Shown: piece by piece, positions 25,895 to 37,384 of the stretch
How positions within the stretch are numbered: position 1 is the stretch's first letter
Layout: each line of letters opens with the position of its first letter
Translations under genes and position numbers: made by a program
From: Guillardia theta CCMP2712
Taxonomy: Eukaryota > Protista > Cryptophyta
Direction: 5' to 3'
DNA: 64,000 nt
Assembly: GCF_000315625.1 (NCBI RefSeq)
Contig: NW_005434659.1
Location: 885,848 to 949,847 of the forward strand
The notes under the pieces: generated by a model
Told to the model about the DNA's origin: nothing
What the model saw: the letters and a program-made list of their open reading frames with translations, nothing else
Database searches by the model: none

Positions 25895-27106
25895 ATGGTA
25901 TCTCTGCTGAGTCTCTTCATGCAGCATTCTGTTGCTTTGGGATTTGCGCTCAGTACAGCTGCGGGAGCATGCACATGCCTGGGGTCGGCTGGGGCCTTGT
26001 GTTTGAAGCTCGAGAACAAGCTCTTCTTCGCAGCATCCATGGCAGCATCGGCTGGAGTGATGATGTGAGACATGGCGATGCTTATGCTCGTGTTTTAGCT
26101 CATGATGAAGTGACTTCGTTGTGCGCTGGTTGCTCATCTCCTGTCAGTCAAAACTTGCTGGTGAAGTAATAGTTCATGGTGTCCGCAGATTCATTTCGTT
26201 GGTAGAAATTCTGACAATCAAGTCTGTTGGAGGCTTTGCTGACGCAGGATGCACAAGAGCAGAATCTCTGCGTTATGCAATCTTTGTATTCTTTGGAGGG
26301 GCTCTCATATGTCATGGTTTTGATGTCGTCATAAGCTTCGTGATGAGGTTTCGACCTGAAGTCAGCAACGATGAAATCGCGCCTTCTGATCTGGTTGATC
26401 TGCCACCTGAGCTGCAAGTAACGCTGCCTGATCCGAGAGATTTGGTAACATTCGATGATCACCATCCTGTCTCGTTTCTGATGAGATGGCAGGAGGCAGA
26501 TAGTAGGGTAGTATCGGAAGAGGAGGCCCGAATCAAGAACTTGCTCATTGATGAAGATCTCCAGAAGGCTCAAGAACTGCTGCGAATGGGAGTGATCAGT
26601 GCAATAGTGGTGATGGTCCACAATATTCCAGAGGGCATCGCAACCTTTGTGTCATCTCTTGCCGACACCTCGACTGGGTTGAGCGTGGCACTCGCAGTTG
26701 CCCTGCACAACATTCCCGAGGTAACATGATGGTTGTTGTGCGGGCAGTGTAAGAATGACAGGTCTCTCTGACTCGTTGGTCTCTCCAGGGCCTCATCATT
26801 GCCGTTCCTATCTATTTTGCCACTGGCAGCCGCCTCAAGGCCTTCTTTTGGACCTTCATCTCCGGGGTTGCGGAGCCTTTCGGAGCGCTCTTGGCCTTTT
26901 TCGCCCTCAAAGGGTCAGACATGAGCCCCATGGCCTATGCCGTCTTGTTCGGGGTTGTGTCCGGGATCATGACGTACATCGCCCTATCCGAGTTACTTCC
27001 GAATGCCTTGCAGTACGATCCTGAGGGTAAAGTCTGGAAGAAGTCTCTGTTTGGCGGGATGGCTGTAATTGCAGCTTCCATTCTTCTCTTCGAATCAGGG
27101 TTTTAA
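25895..27106 (+). CDS. ZIP family metal transporter (ZupT/GufA-like), multi-exon
   Basis: ALGFALSTAAGACTCLGSA, AASAGVM..ISLVEIL, twin HNIPEG motifs (MVHNIPEGIATF; ALHNIPEG), SGVAEPFGA, GIMTYIALSELLP. Confidence 0.9.
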
Positions 27107-27239
27107 CTGACAGCCTTGGGTGCTGGCAGTGATCGAATGAGCAACTGGCGGTCAAGTGTAGCATCGGCTGACTTCGCCTCCGTTGTCAAAGTCAAAACTT
27201 CAACCAGGCTTCACTTGTTTAAAACCGTGATTAAATCGC

Positions 27240-27565
27240 CTGTGTCTCAGTTCGCCGCTCTTCTCGTGACTCAGTGACGAGTGAACACCACTCAGGGATC
27301 CTGTCGTAGTAGTACAGAGACAGTACGGTACGGTCGGTCTGAGTCACAGTGGCCCTGCCCTCAGCTTGACGGATCGGACGGACTCCCGTTGTTGTCGCCG
27401 GAGCCTGCGGCCGGGAGTCGGAGTCGGACTCGGACTCGGGAGCCGGCCTGGGAGGAGGATCATCGGGGGATGAGGCCCGCTGTCGCTTGTCAAAAAAATG
27501 AGCTGCCGGAATACGGTCCGATTCATGGCGGCGCGGCAAGGAACAGGGCAGAGACTCGGTGGCAG
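27240..27565. repeat. GC-rich palindromic non-coding module (same family as 24930-25445)
   Basis: gtgactcagtgac, acagtacggtacggt, TCACAGTGGCCCT (27344-27356), gagtcg-gagtcg-gactcg-gactcg. Confidence 0.6.
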
Positions 27566-27877
27566 CCAGTGGTGGAGGAAGAGAGGGTCTGAGAATGAGA
27601 GGAAAGATGATAGCACCATTGAACACCCCGAGGTAGCCTGAGCTGAGTTCGAACATTTGAAGCAAAGGTTTACAGTTTGTAAGCCATTGAACCGGCGGCA
27701 GCCGATTTCCGTGATCTGTGAAGGCACACTATGTTGTTGATGTCCTGCCCTTGCACGCGCCTGCGTGAAACTTCTCCATCTGTTGAAACCCATGGAATCT
27801 CCGCGGATCTCATCTTTCTGTCAGAGGAGCAGCAGCGTACGTTTCAAAATGGTGGCAGCGAGCTTGTAGGACGTGAA

Positions 27878-29204
27878 ATGGCCGAATCGGCCGAGGAGGA
27901 TGGCTTTGGAAGAAGCAACAAGACAGAACATCTGGCAGAAAACTTTTACATGAAGATCACTGACGCCGAAAACATTTCGGTCAAGGAGACAAGCAAGCTG
28001 TCTTCTTCAAATGGACACAACACAAACAATGGTGAGGTCGGCGTCATAGGCAGAGATTGTCAGGCTAGGATTGGTGAAGAAGTTGAGTTGTCAGAGGAAG
28101 GGAAGAGCGACATCCTCAACAGGCTGATATCGGGAGGAAACTCCGGTGTGATCTGTAAAGTGATGGACAACGGACTTTCCTGCACGGTCCGGTGGCACCG
28201 AAGGCCGAACGAGACGCACTATCACGACACTGGGAAGCAGAGGAGGTTCGAGCTCCGCAGGCTGCGAAGGCAGACAACGACTAGGAACTACATGAGCCAT
28301 GAAAGGTATGATTCACGGACGACCGGCGATTCCATCTGGTCGACGGGGGGGCCGATGGAGTACACAAATGGGCTGACTAGCCCCAGGAAGTCGTTGACTT
28401 CTTTCTTGGACGCCTTGAGTCCTCGGCAATACACGGAAAGACCCTGGTATATGCTGAACAAGGCCACCAGCCCTCCCACCTCCAACTTCCCGACGGCGCG
28501 CGTGCTGGAGGCAAGGTCCGTCGAGCCGTCGAGGTTGAGCAGCTTGCAAGGGTCAGCATGGGTGGAAGATGAGATGATCGACGATGAGAGGATGCTGGAG
28601 CTGATGAGCAACGATCCTGTCCAACAGGTGGTGAGCGAGATGGACCTGCACGACAACATGCCAATCTCCGAGGAGGAGATGCTGATGAATTTCAAACGCG
28701 ATGAGCCCAGCCAAGTAGGTATCGGGTGCTCGACTTCATCGCAATGGGGCAGCCAGCACTTCACGCAGGGTCATCACATTCCGCAACCAGCATACTTCAA
28801 AGACACAGAGTTCGATGAGGAGGAGATGATTCAGTTGAGCGACATGCAACACATACCAGCAGCCAAGAACAAGCCTATGGACGAGGTCATCGAGCGTCAG
28901 GCTCACACTTACGCGGTCTGCGCATTCGAATCCTCTAGCTCTCACGTTGCCCCACCTCCTTCCTCTGCCCCACCTCCTTCCTCTGCCCCACCTCCTTCCT
29001 CTGCCCCTGCCCCTGCCCCTGCCCATGTTCTGATTGTTCTCACCCGGTTTCTATCAGGCTAGGAGGATGATGAGCAGGTTCACTCCGCTCGAGTTCCGAG
29101 GAGAGACAGACTTCTCCAAGTTTCTCAACGACAGGGGTGGGAAGAATCACCTGAGACAGCGAAAGAGAGACTCGAGCCATGACGTCAGCATCAACTTCTA
29201 TTGA
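27878..29204 (+). CDS. Hypothetical protein with a Mib_herc2-like (SH3-like) segment; probable intron at about 28916-29058
   Basis: Long ORF. The segment RIGEEVEL...GGNSGVICKVMDNGLSCTVRWH...HYHDTGKQRRFELRR resembles the Mib_herc2 pattern G.V..I......V.V.W......Y..G..G.YDL. The rest is low-complexity. Confidence 0.55.
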
Positions 29205-29609
29205 TAAATATAGACAGATGAGACTATGAAGCAACTACGGATCTGTTCAAGGGATCAAAGAGGAAGAAAATTGCTTGATGGTCTGTGTTGCCCTCTTTGC
29301 ATCTACATCCATCATCTTGTGGTGTTTTTGTATCGATGTCTTGTGTTTCTGTTTCCTTCTCCTGTTCGTCTCCTGTGTTCATCTTCCTTATTTCTGGACG
29401 TATTAATCCTCTCTCTCCTTCACTTCCCTTGTCTTTGATGTCATATCGTATTTCTGGTTCGTAGCTGCTTCCTTCCTCACTTCATCATCGAGTTCATCCG
29501 CTCCCTCACCTTCGTTCTGATCGCCTTAGTCCCCACGCCAATCTACTTCAACTTCTCATCGTCTCGCTTGTCTTCTGGTCCTCTCGTCTCTAAATCTCTA
29601 ATGCCCTGT

Positions 29610-29862
29610 CTTGATCTTCTCTTGATCTTCTCTTGATCTTCTCTTGATCTTCTCTTGATCTTCTCTTGATCTTCTCTTGATCTTCTCTTGATCTTCTCTT
29701 CTCTTGATCTTCTCTTGATCTTCTCTTGATCTTCTCTTCTCTTGATCTTCTCTTGATCTTCTCTTCTCTTGATCTTCTCTTGATCTTCTCTTGATCTTCT
29801 CTTGATCTTCTCTTGATCTTCTCTTGATCTTCTCTTGATCTTCTCTTGATCTTCTCTTCTCT
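29610..29862 (+). repeat. (CTTCTCTTGAT)n 11-mer minisatellite upstream of the rhodopsin gene
   Basis: About 21 units with occasional extra CTTCT. Confidence 0.95.
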
Positions 29863-29991
29863 CACCTCCTGACTTCAATCAGTTCCGTGCGGGTTTTTCG
29901 TTCGGCCTACACCTGTTGCACTCTACTACCCCTCCATTTGATATAATAATTTTGTCCAAGTGATGGGTGGGGTAGCAAGAAGGGAATTTTC

Positions 29992-32099
29992 ATGGCAGCT
30001 ACAGAAGGAGAGGGAGGGGGAGGGGCAAGAGGAAGAGGAGGAGAAGCGAGAGGCAGAGGAGGATGGAGAGGAAAGTGGAGTTTCAGACCATGCATGACGG
30101 CGAGTTTGATTTTGCTCGCCTCGCTGCATTTTGTGCAGAGTGAGTCGCATCGCGGTGGTGAGGATAATGGGCGGGGTGAAGGCGGGGTGAGGATGATGCC
30201 GCAAGAGGACGACGGGAACGATGATGGTTTCTTGCGATCCGTCAACACCTCGGTCATTGAAAACATCACCGTCGTGAACATCACCAATGTTGTCACCGAG
30301 TATGTTTCAAACCAGTCAACGAGCAACCTAGGGGAGGAGATCAACAGGTCACTCGAGGAGAGAAAACAAGAGCCGAGCTCCTCTGAACGTGTCCTTCAGG
30401 CTCATCTTTGCCATCAAACACCCGAGCTCCTTCTTTCAGCCCAGCGACATGGGTGCGGTGAAGGTTGTTGGTTGACAACCTGCTCACAACTATCTTGATA
30501 GACCCTCTGATAGTCAGAGTGCTCTGGTCCGGGTTTGTTCTCTTTCTCGTTGCATCGTTCATGATCGTGATTGACCGCCATCGGTACAAGATCAAGTACC
30601 AGGTCCTGTTCTCACTGTTGACGACTCTCTTCCCTCATGTGGACGACGCGGCAGGGTGATCACAACTTGCTGTTCTTGATGTTCATCACCACAACCCTCA
30701 CGTACATGACGATGGCCAACGGCCATGGTCGAGCTTACAAGTACGCCATCACAGGTGAGCTGGATATTTGAATCTCCCTCACGATGTTTCAATGCTCCTC
30801 TCAAGTTTTGGATCTTGGTCACCAAGTTGCATTCAATATTCCTGATGAGGTTGCTATGCAGAGGTGGACCCAAAGAATCTCACGCGAACATGTGTTGACA
30901 ACTCAACGAACGCGAGCTCAACGAATGTTGTTCCCCTTGCTCTTTGCTCTTGCTCTTGCTCTTGCTCTTTGCTCTTGCTCTTGCTCTTGCGCTTCCCCTT
31001 CCCCTTCCCCTTCCCCTTCCCCTTCCCCTTCCCCTTCCCCTTCCCCTTATCTGCGCGCATCTGGTTCTTCGAATTGAGCGTCTTCTTGCAATTGTAGACG
31101 ATCTTCAACACAGCTACAACTGGATCAAAGTTCGATTCTTGTCCTTCGGGAGACGTCAAGTACATTTGGATGTCAGCAGTGGCAAAGTTCGAGGTACAGG
31201 CGAGCAAGTAGCTTGCTACTCTCCTGATCCTCCTTTCAGATGGTCCCTTTCAATCCTCCCTTCTTCTATGCCAAATACGTGCAATGGATGATCTCTACCA
31301 ATATCACGCTCTACCTCCTCATCCGGTCAGTGGCCAAGGCGAACAAGAGAATCACCTTCCGTGTCATGGTAGCTCCTGCAGGAGGAGAGCTCGGGGCTGA
31401 GTCCCTCGCAGGCCTGCAACTCGCTGATGATTCTCAGCGGACTCTGTGCAGCCTCGATGAGGGTGGACGAGATCAGCACGCTGGATGTCCGCATGATCGT
31501 GAAGAGAAGGGAGCTGACGGGGCTGGCAGGCGCCGCGGTACATCACGTCTCGATGGATCTACTGGGTGTTTGGGATGATGTTCTACATCCTGCTGCTCAC
31601 AACCCTTAACAATGGCGTGCGATTGGCAGCAAACAGCCGGCAGACGCACGCAGAGAGGGGCAAGGTGTTCAATGAGGTGAGGGAGGGAGGAGGGCGAGCG
31701 GACGCGAATTGAACGCCCCACAGCTCTTCTTCATCATCTGTGTTGGGTGGTCCCTCTACCCGTTCGTCTGGGTCGTCACGGAGGGCGCTTACATCGTGAC
31801 CTTCACTACCAACGTCTACTCCTTCACTCTCCTCGATGTCGTGACCAAGTTCTCCTTCGCGGTGCAAGAGCAAGATTGCACTGTATGCTTGCTGAGTGAA
31901 CTGCAGGCTGTTTTCCTCATCCGGATACCGAAGAGGAAACATCAGAAGCTCCGTCATCCTGCGGTGAGTTTGCTGCACCTGCTGCAACCCACGTGACAAC
32001 CCAGGGCAGACTGAGAAGATTCAACAACTTCGCAACTTCTTCTCTAGGAGACATCATACCGCCGACAATGCCGATCCTCGAGATTCCTACAGAACATGA
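29992..32099 (+). CDS. Type-1 (microbial) rhodopsin with signal peptide, N-terminal ectodomain and enlarged B-C loop; 12 exons, about 426 aa from ATG 30094 (alternative in-frame ATG 29992)
   Basis: Exons 30094-30347, 30400-30452, 30502-30602, 30655-30754, 30862-30926, 31098-31193, 31240-31368, 31412-31462, 31530-31676, 31724-31861, 31907-31963, 32010-32099 are all GT-AG and sum to a multiple of 3. Helix B YMTMANGHG, helix C FYAKYVQWMISTN, helix D NSLMILSGL, helix E RWIYWVFG, helix F WSLYPFVWVVTEG, helix G LLDVVTKFSF (retinal Lys). Confidence 0.9.
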
Positions 32100-32620
32100 T
32101 GCACATGAAATTGAAGCAGTGAGATGTCGGTGTATAGACAGTCATCGTGTGTAAATATTCGTACATTTGTAAATGATTTGTTGTACCTTTGCACAAAGAA
32201 AGAACCATACAGAGAGTCGAGCACAACTGATTGTTCTGCATCACTTGTCCTCAGCGAGCCGTGCAACCTTCACTCTTCCAGTGCTTTCAACAGGGAACTA
32301 ACTTCCTTCAAGGAGTCACGCAGCCTGGCGCAGGGCTGGACTGGCACGGGTGCTCCATAATGGAGCGCATAGAGGTGGTAGCGATCTTCTTTCCCTTGCT
32401 GGCAGTGCTGGCAGCTGCATTCACGACATTGGCCGTATCTTCCATCCGTTGGATAACGTTCCTCTTGAAGGAATCGTCATTGAAGGCTGGCAGCAGAGGA
32501 GGCTGGGGCGTTCCCAGGAGCGATAGCTTGTCGAACATTGGAGGAGGAAAGAACTACACAGACTCGGTGTGAGAACAGGGATAGAGGGGATGAGCAGGAG
32601 CGGGAGCAGGAGAGGGAGAG

Positions 32621-32654
<34 letters not shown>

Positions 32655-32834
32655 AAGGCGGCCTTTCACAAACAGCTGATCCTACTAGAGGGGCAGCAAT
32701 GCATGAAAGTGGCGCAGCCGGAATTAGATTTCAAAGATTACGGACAAATTAAGGGGTCATGAAAAGCGCAACAACAGATATTAGTGCCCCTAAATATATA
32801 TTAATTAAACAAAACCCAAATTAAGCTGGTGTCC

Positions 32835-33598
32835 ATGGCGAGCAACGATGAAGATGCTTTGAGGCGACGGGTAGGAGGAGGAGAGGAGGAGAGGAGGAGA
32901 GGAGGAGAGGAGGAGAGGACTGGAACACGATGATGATAACTATGATGATGAGAAGGAGGAGGAGGAGGAGGAGGGGGAGGGAGGTGGAAGAGAAGGTGGT
33001 GATGGTGATGGTGATGGTGATGGTGATGGTGTGATGGTGGTGGTGAGAAGCTGATGCCAGAATATAGCGTTGGTGTACGAGCTGAAAGATCTGCAGCTTT
33101 TGAATCAAAGTGGCACACTAAACAAACTAGGATTACATCAGCATTTGCTTGACCCCTTTTCATTTTCTTCCCTTGCCAGATCGTGGAGACAGCAAAGAGG
33201 AAGCTGCAATCGTCCGGAGAGAAGGCAAGGCAAGGCTCTCGTCGGTCAAGCGTGAAGCTTTGTTGTGCAGGACAGACTCAAGGAAATCCTCAAGAAACGT
33301 TTGCAGGAGGTGGGATGGGAGGAGGAAATGCAAGATTACTGCAGAGGTCAGCATTAGGAAGTTACTTCTGAAGTTTGTTGTAACGAACTCTCTCGCAGAA
33401 CTTATTCAGAACAAGAGCTTGGAGCACATCGATGTGCCTAAGCTCGTGCAGGAAATCGCGCAGAAGTCTAGAGGTGAGAATGCAAGACTGAGGAATGGTG
33501 GATGGCTGATGTTGTCCATAGCTGCGGTGCCGGACAACATCCGAGAAGAGATTTCTTCACAAGTCAAATATTTCCTGCAGCATCCGAGCAAGGAGTGA
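32835..33598 (+). CDS. ENY2: Transcription/mRNA export factor ENY2 (Sus1), 5 exons
   Basis: Spliced MASNDEDALRRR|IVETAKRKLQSSGEKAR|LKEILKKRLQEVGWEEEMQDYCR|ELIQNKSLEHIDVPKLVQEIAQKSR|AAVPDNIREEISSQVKYFLQHPSKE* matches the ENY2 pattern (GE..RLKE.L...L.E.GW; VPD.(I/V)). Confidence 0.9.
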
Positions 33599-33790
33599 TT
33601 GTTCTTCAAACGTCTTTGACAGGAATACGAGAGGTTATTCTTCAGAAGTTTATGTTAACAAACTTGAGAATTTAGGCTTAACTATTAGATTATGTTGCAC
33701 ACTGCTTGTAAAAATACATCTAAACTTGACTGCTACATCCTTCATCACGTCAATTTGATCCATCTCGTTGAGATCCTACTGTTTCACTTG

Positions 33791-35407
33791 TTACACTTGT
33801 GCGATCTGCGAAGCAGCTGCTTTTCTTCGTTGCACGATCGGAATAAACCTTGCAGCAATAGCTCTCATCAACCTTTCAAGCTTTTCTCTCCCCGCTTCAC
33901 TCTGCCTCAGCTTTGCGAACGTTTCAATCTGGGCAACAACACGTCTCAGCTCTGAAAACATGTAGTACGCGCAAAACATCACTGATCACCTCCATATCGA
34001 CTTGAAAATCGTTCATGAGCTCATTTGACGTCCTAAAGTCTCCCATCTCCCTTGCAAATGGCCTGCACATTTCAGGATTTTCCCTCTGAACACGATCAAA
34101 CTCCTCAGGTGAGACCTGCACAAACAAGAAACTTGAGAGGCGAGATGAAACGTGGCGAAGGGAAAGAGACAACAGCGAGGTGTGTTAGAGAGCGAAGGAA
34201 GCTAGGCAGTGGGAGGGAGGACGACAGGAGGGAGTATAACACTCACAGGGTTAAAGTAGTAGAGCTGATTCAGAACACGTCCTCGTCCGTCAAATTGACG
34301 GCATTGCGACAACTTGCAGAAGATGCAACCCTTTGGCTTCTCTGACCAAATATCCTTCACACGATAATAACGCTCTAGCAGGACATCGTTGGCGTGAAAG
34401 GCACCCTCAATCGTCTTGCAGAATTGATCCAACTCAGTCATGTAGAACGGAATGTCCTTTGCAGCAAATCGAGTCAGAAGCTCTTCTTTGTGCAATCCTG
34501 TCAGCTTGGTCATTGAATTTGTCACGCACACATCTTTCCTCCTTGACTCCTCAGGGTCGTATCTGATACGGACACAGGCAGAACCGTGAAGAGAAGAGAA
34601 ATTTTCCAGGGCACTAATCTCTGAGTCTTCACAATTGCTCAGATTGCTTGCATTGTCATTCTCAAGGAGGTGAATGTTATGCCTTGCAGTAGAAATCCCA
34701 TCATCCTTCAGCACAAACATGTTCTCCAGAAATCTTACTCCTTCCTTCAGCATATCTTGCAACTTTGGAGGCATCGTCAGAAACATCTTGAGGTTCTGGC
34801 TAGAGTTGAATCCGAACTCGTTGAATCTCTTAACCAGAGCAGTGGAACCAGTGAAGATACCCTCCAGGGCCTGACCACATTCAATCCCAAAGGAGGCGGT
34901 GTTGGCCTTGAAAGCCAGAGGTCGGTCCACTTGTTCTATAGGGCTCACACTCTTGTTGATTTCCGTGGGAGGACTTGGCACAGGCGACATCGGGCTCTGC
35001 TGATTGACTGGTGAATCCTTGGGCTGACTGGTGTCTTCATGAGAGGAGTCAACGCAAAGATGCGTTCTCCCTCTCTTACAACACCGTTTACAAGGCCTCT
35101 CATCGTCACATCTTTCCTTCAGCCGGCGGCATGGCTCGCAAGCCTTGGAAACCTGCTTCCTTGATTCTGGTTTATCCTTTGCCCAGTCAGTGCAAGTACT
35201 CGCTATGCCCCTGGCAAGGCAGCGACTGCAAGGCCGTGTGTTGTCACATTTTGTCTTCAGTCTCCTGCAATTTCCACATGCTCGTAACACACAAAAAGCA
35301 GATCTGTTCAACTTCTGGTTTGAGGAATTCTGTTTTACATCCGATGGTGATAGTTGTGATTCAATGTCCTGAGGTAAAAACTGACTCATGCTCCCAAACA
35401 GACTCAT
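33791..35407 (-). CDS. Transcription factor with two Zn(II)2Cys6 binuclear cluster domains
   Basis: [30 protein letters not shown] and [30 protein letters not shown], both fitting Cx2Cx6Cx5Cx2Cx8C. Short 3' exons run to ...SQIAQV*. Confidence 0.88.
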
Positions 35408-35712
35408 GCCAAGGAGCTCGACGACACTCGTTGCTGGATCATCTGCGCAGCACAAATTCAATTTCCTTCAAATAAACGGACAAGGTACAAGTTCCATCCA
35501 AAGCGTCAGAACAACACTTTTAGATCTCAGTTGCGGCAGTTCAAATTATTACATATTTCCCCCAGTGATCGAATATGTAAACAGCTTCACTGTCTCACTC
35601 ATTTTTGTAGCGAAAACCCTTTATTACGTCTGTTCACTCGGCTCAAATCTTCTTGCTCGATCATCCACTGCTTATACCCCTGCTTACCTCTCCACGTCCC
35701 ATTCCTCACTAA

Positions 35713-36001
<289 letters not shown>

Positions 36002-37384
36002 TAACAAAAGGTTCGTTTTCAGGACAAGTCCAAAGTTTTACATAAAATTTGAAATTTACACATCATAATGAAAATTTGATCACACAATGCTAAACCCTGT
36101 AACAAGTATTGTAGTAAGTCAGCATTTGTAAACTGTGCCCTGAATTGTACTTCTCCAATATAGTCTGAACCAAGTTTTATAATCTAAAACTATTGATTTT
36201 GTACTATATGTATTTATAAAACAACCAGTTGAATTGAAAGTTACCAGATTGCTGATCAATATGTTTTATATTGATACATGTATTTTAAATCACTCGGTAT
36301 CTTTTTTTTTCGTTTTTCGGCTGCTGAATTTTAGCTTTCGAAGCGTTGCTTTGTTTGGGAGGGGTGGTTCACCAAGTACTCATACATACTACTGCTAATA
36401 ATTACTTAATTATTGTTCAATAGGAAATTGTCTGGTATTTTACTCCTCATGTGAGGGACAGGGTGGTGGGAACCTCGACAAAATTCAGAATGGCGAGACC
36501 TTACGCCCACTCATTGAAAGCAATGGCCCAAAAAACCCCGGCCCTCAAGTAAAATTTCGAGTTTGATAACCAATATTCAATTCAAGAAATCAAATTGGTA
36601 AATCTGAGTGCCAACTCAGAATTTGGTATCATTGCGCTATGCGGCGAAGCCGCGGTTAGTTCCGGATATCCCCCTCCTCTGCCATGGTCTTATCCTCCAA
36701 GTCTTCTAGCTACCGGCACCTCTCATCTCGTTAGCAGCAGCAGCAGCAGCAGCAGCAGCATCGTCAGTTGTCGAGTCCTCCTAGACCCTCTTCCCTTTCC
36801 CTTTTCCCTACGGTCATCCTCAACAAGCCTCATCTTGTTACCACCGCTGTCACATCTCAAACAGAGCTACATCATTGGCTGATGCCAGGTCTTGTAATCG
36901 CTACTCCCATGGTTGTCTTGATGCTTCGGTCCCATCAGACTTCTCCTTCTCTTCACTTTTACTGCATAGTTTGCTCCATCTACGCAGAATCCTGAATTTG
37001 CGAACCTGTTGTTTCACTCTAACGAATATCCTAACTGATTGGATGGCTCTCTTCATCTGGGTCCTTGATTGAAGTTTCTCTATCCTTTTCAATGTCGAGC
37101 TGTGACTGAGAGAAGTTGTGAAATCCTTTGTTATATTCCTTTGCTGCACCGTCTTGTCCTTTCTCTGAAGCCTCCCTGACGAATCTTTGTGCAAATCTTC
37201 TGTCCTCAAACCCTGAACCTATCTTCTTGTTGCTACACAATTGCTAGATGCCCGTGCAAACATGACTGGGCCCCTTTCACGGAAATCTCACATAAGCAGC
37301 GAGACCTTATCTAATGTTGTGCATGGGCAGGCTATGAAACGTTGATCGTTGCTTAAGTTGCTGCATTGTTTTTCTTTGGAAACG

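Noticed and set aside
29543-29878. ORFs with REDQEKIKRRS repeats; possible CRISPR-like array
   Set aside because: This is a head-to-tail 11-mer minisatellite with no unique spacers and no cas genes, in a eukaryotic context.
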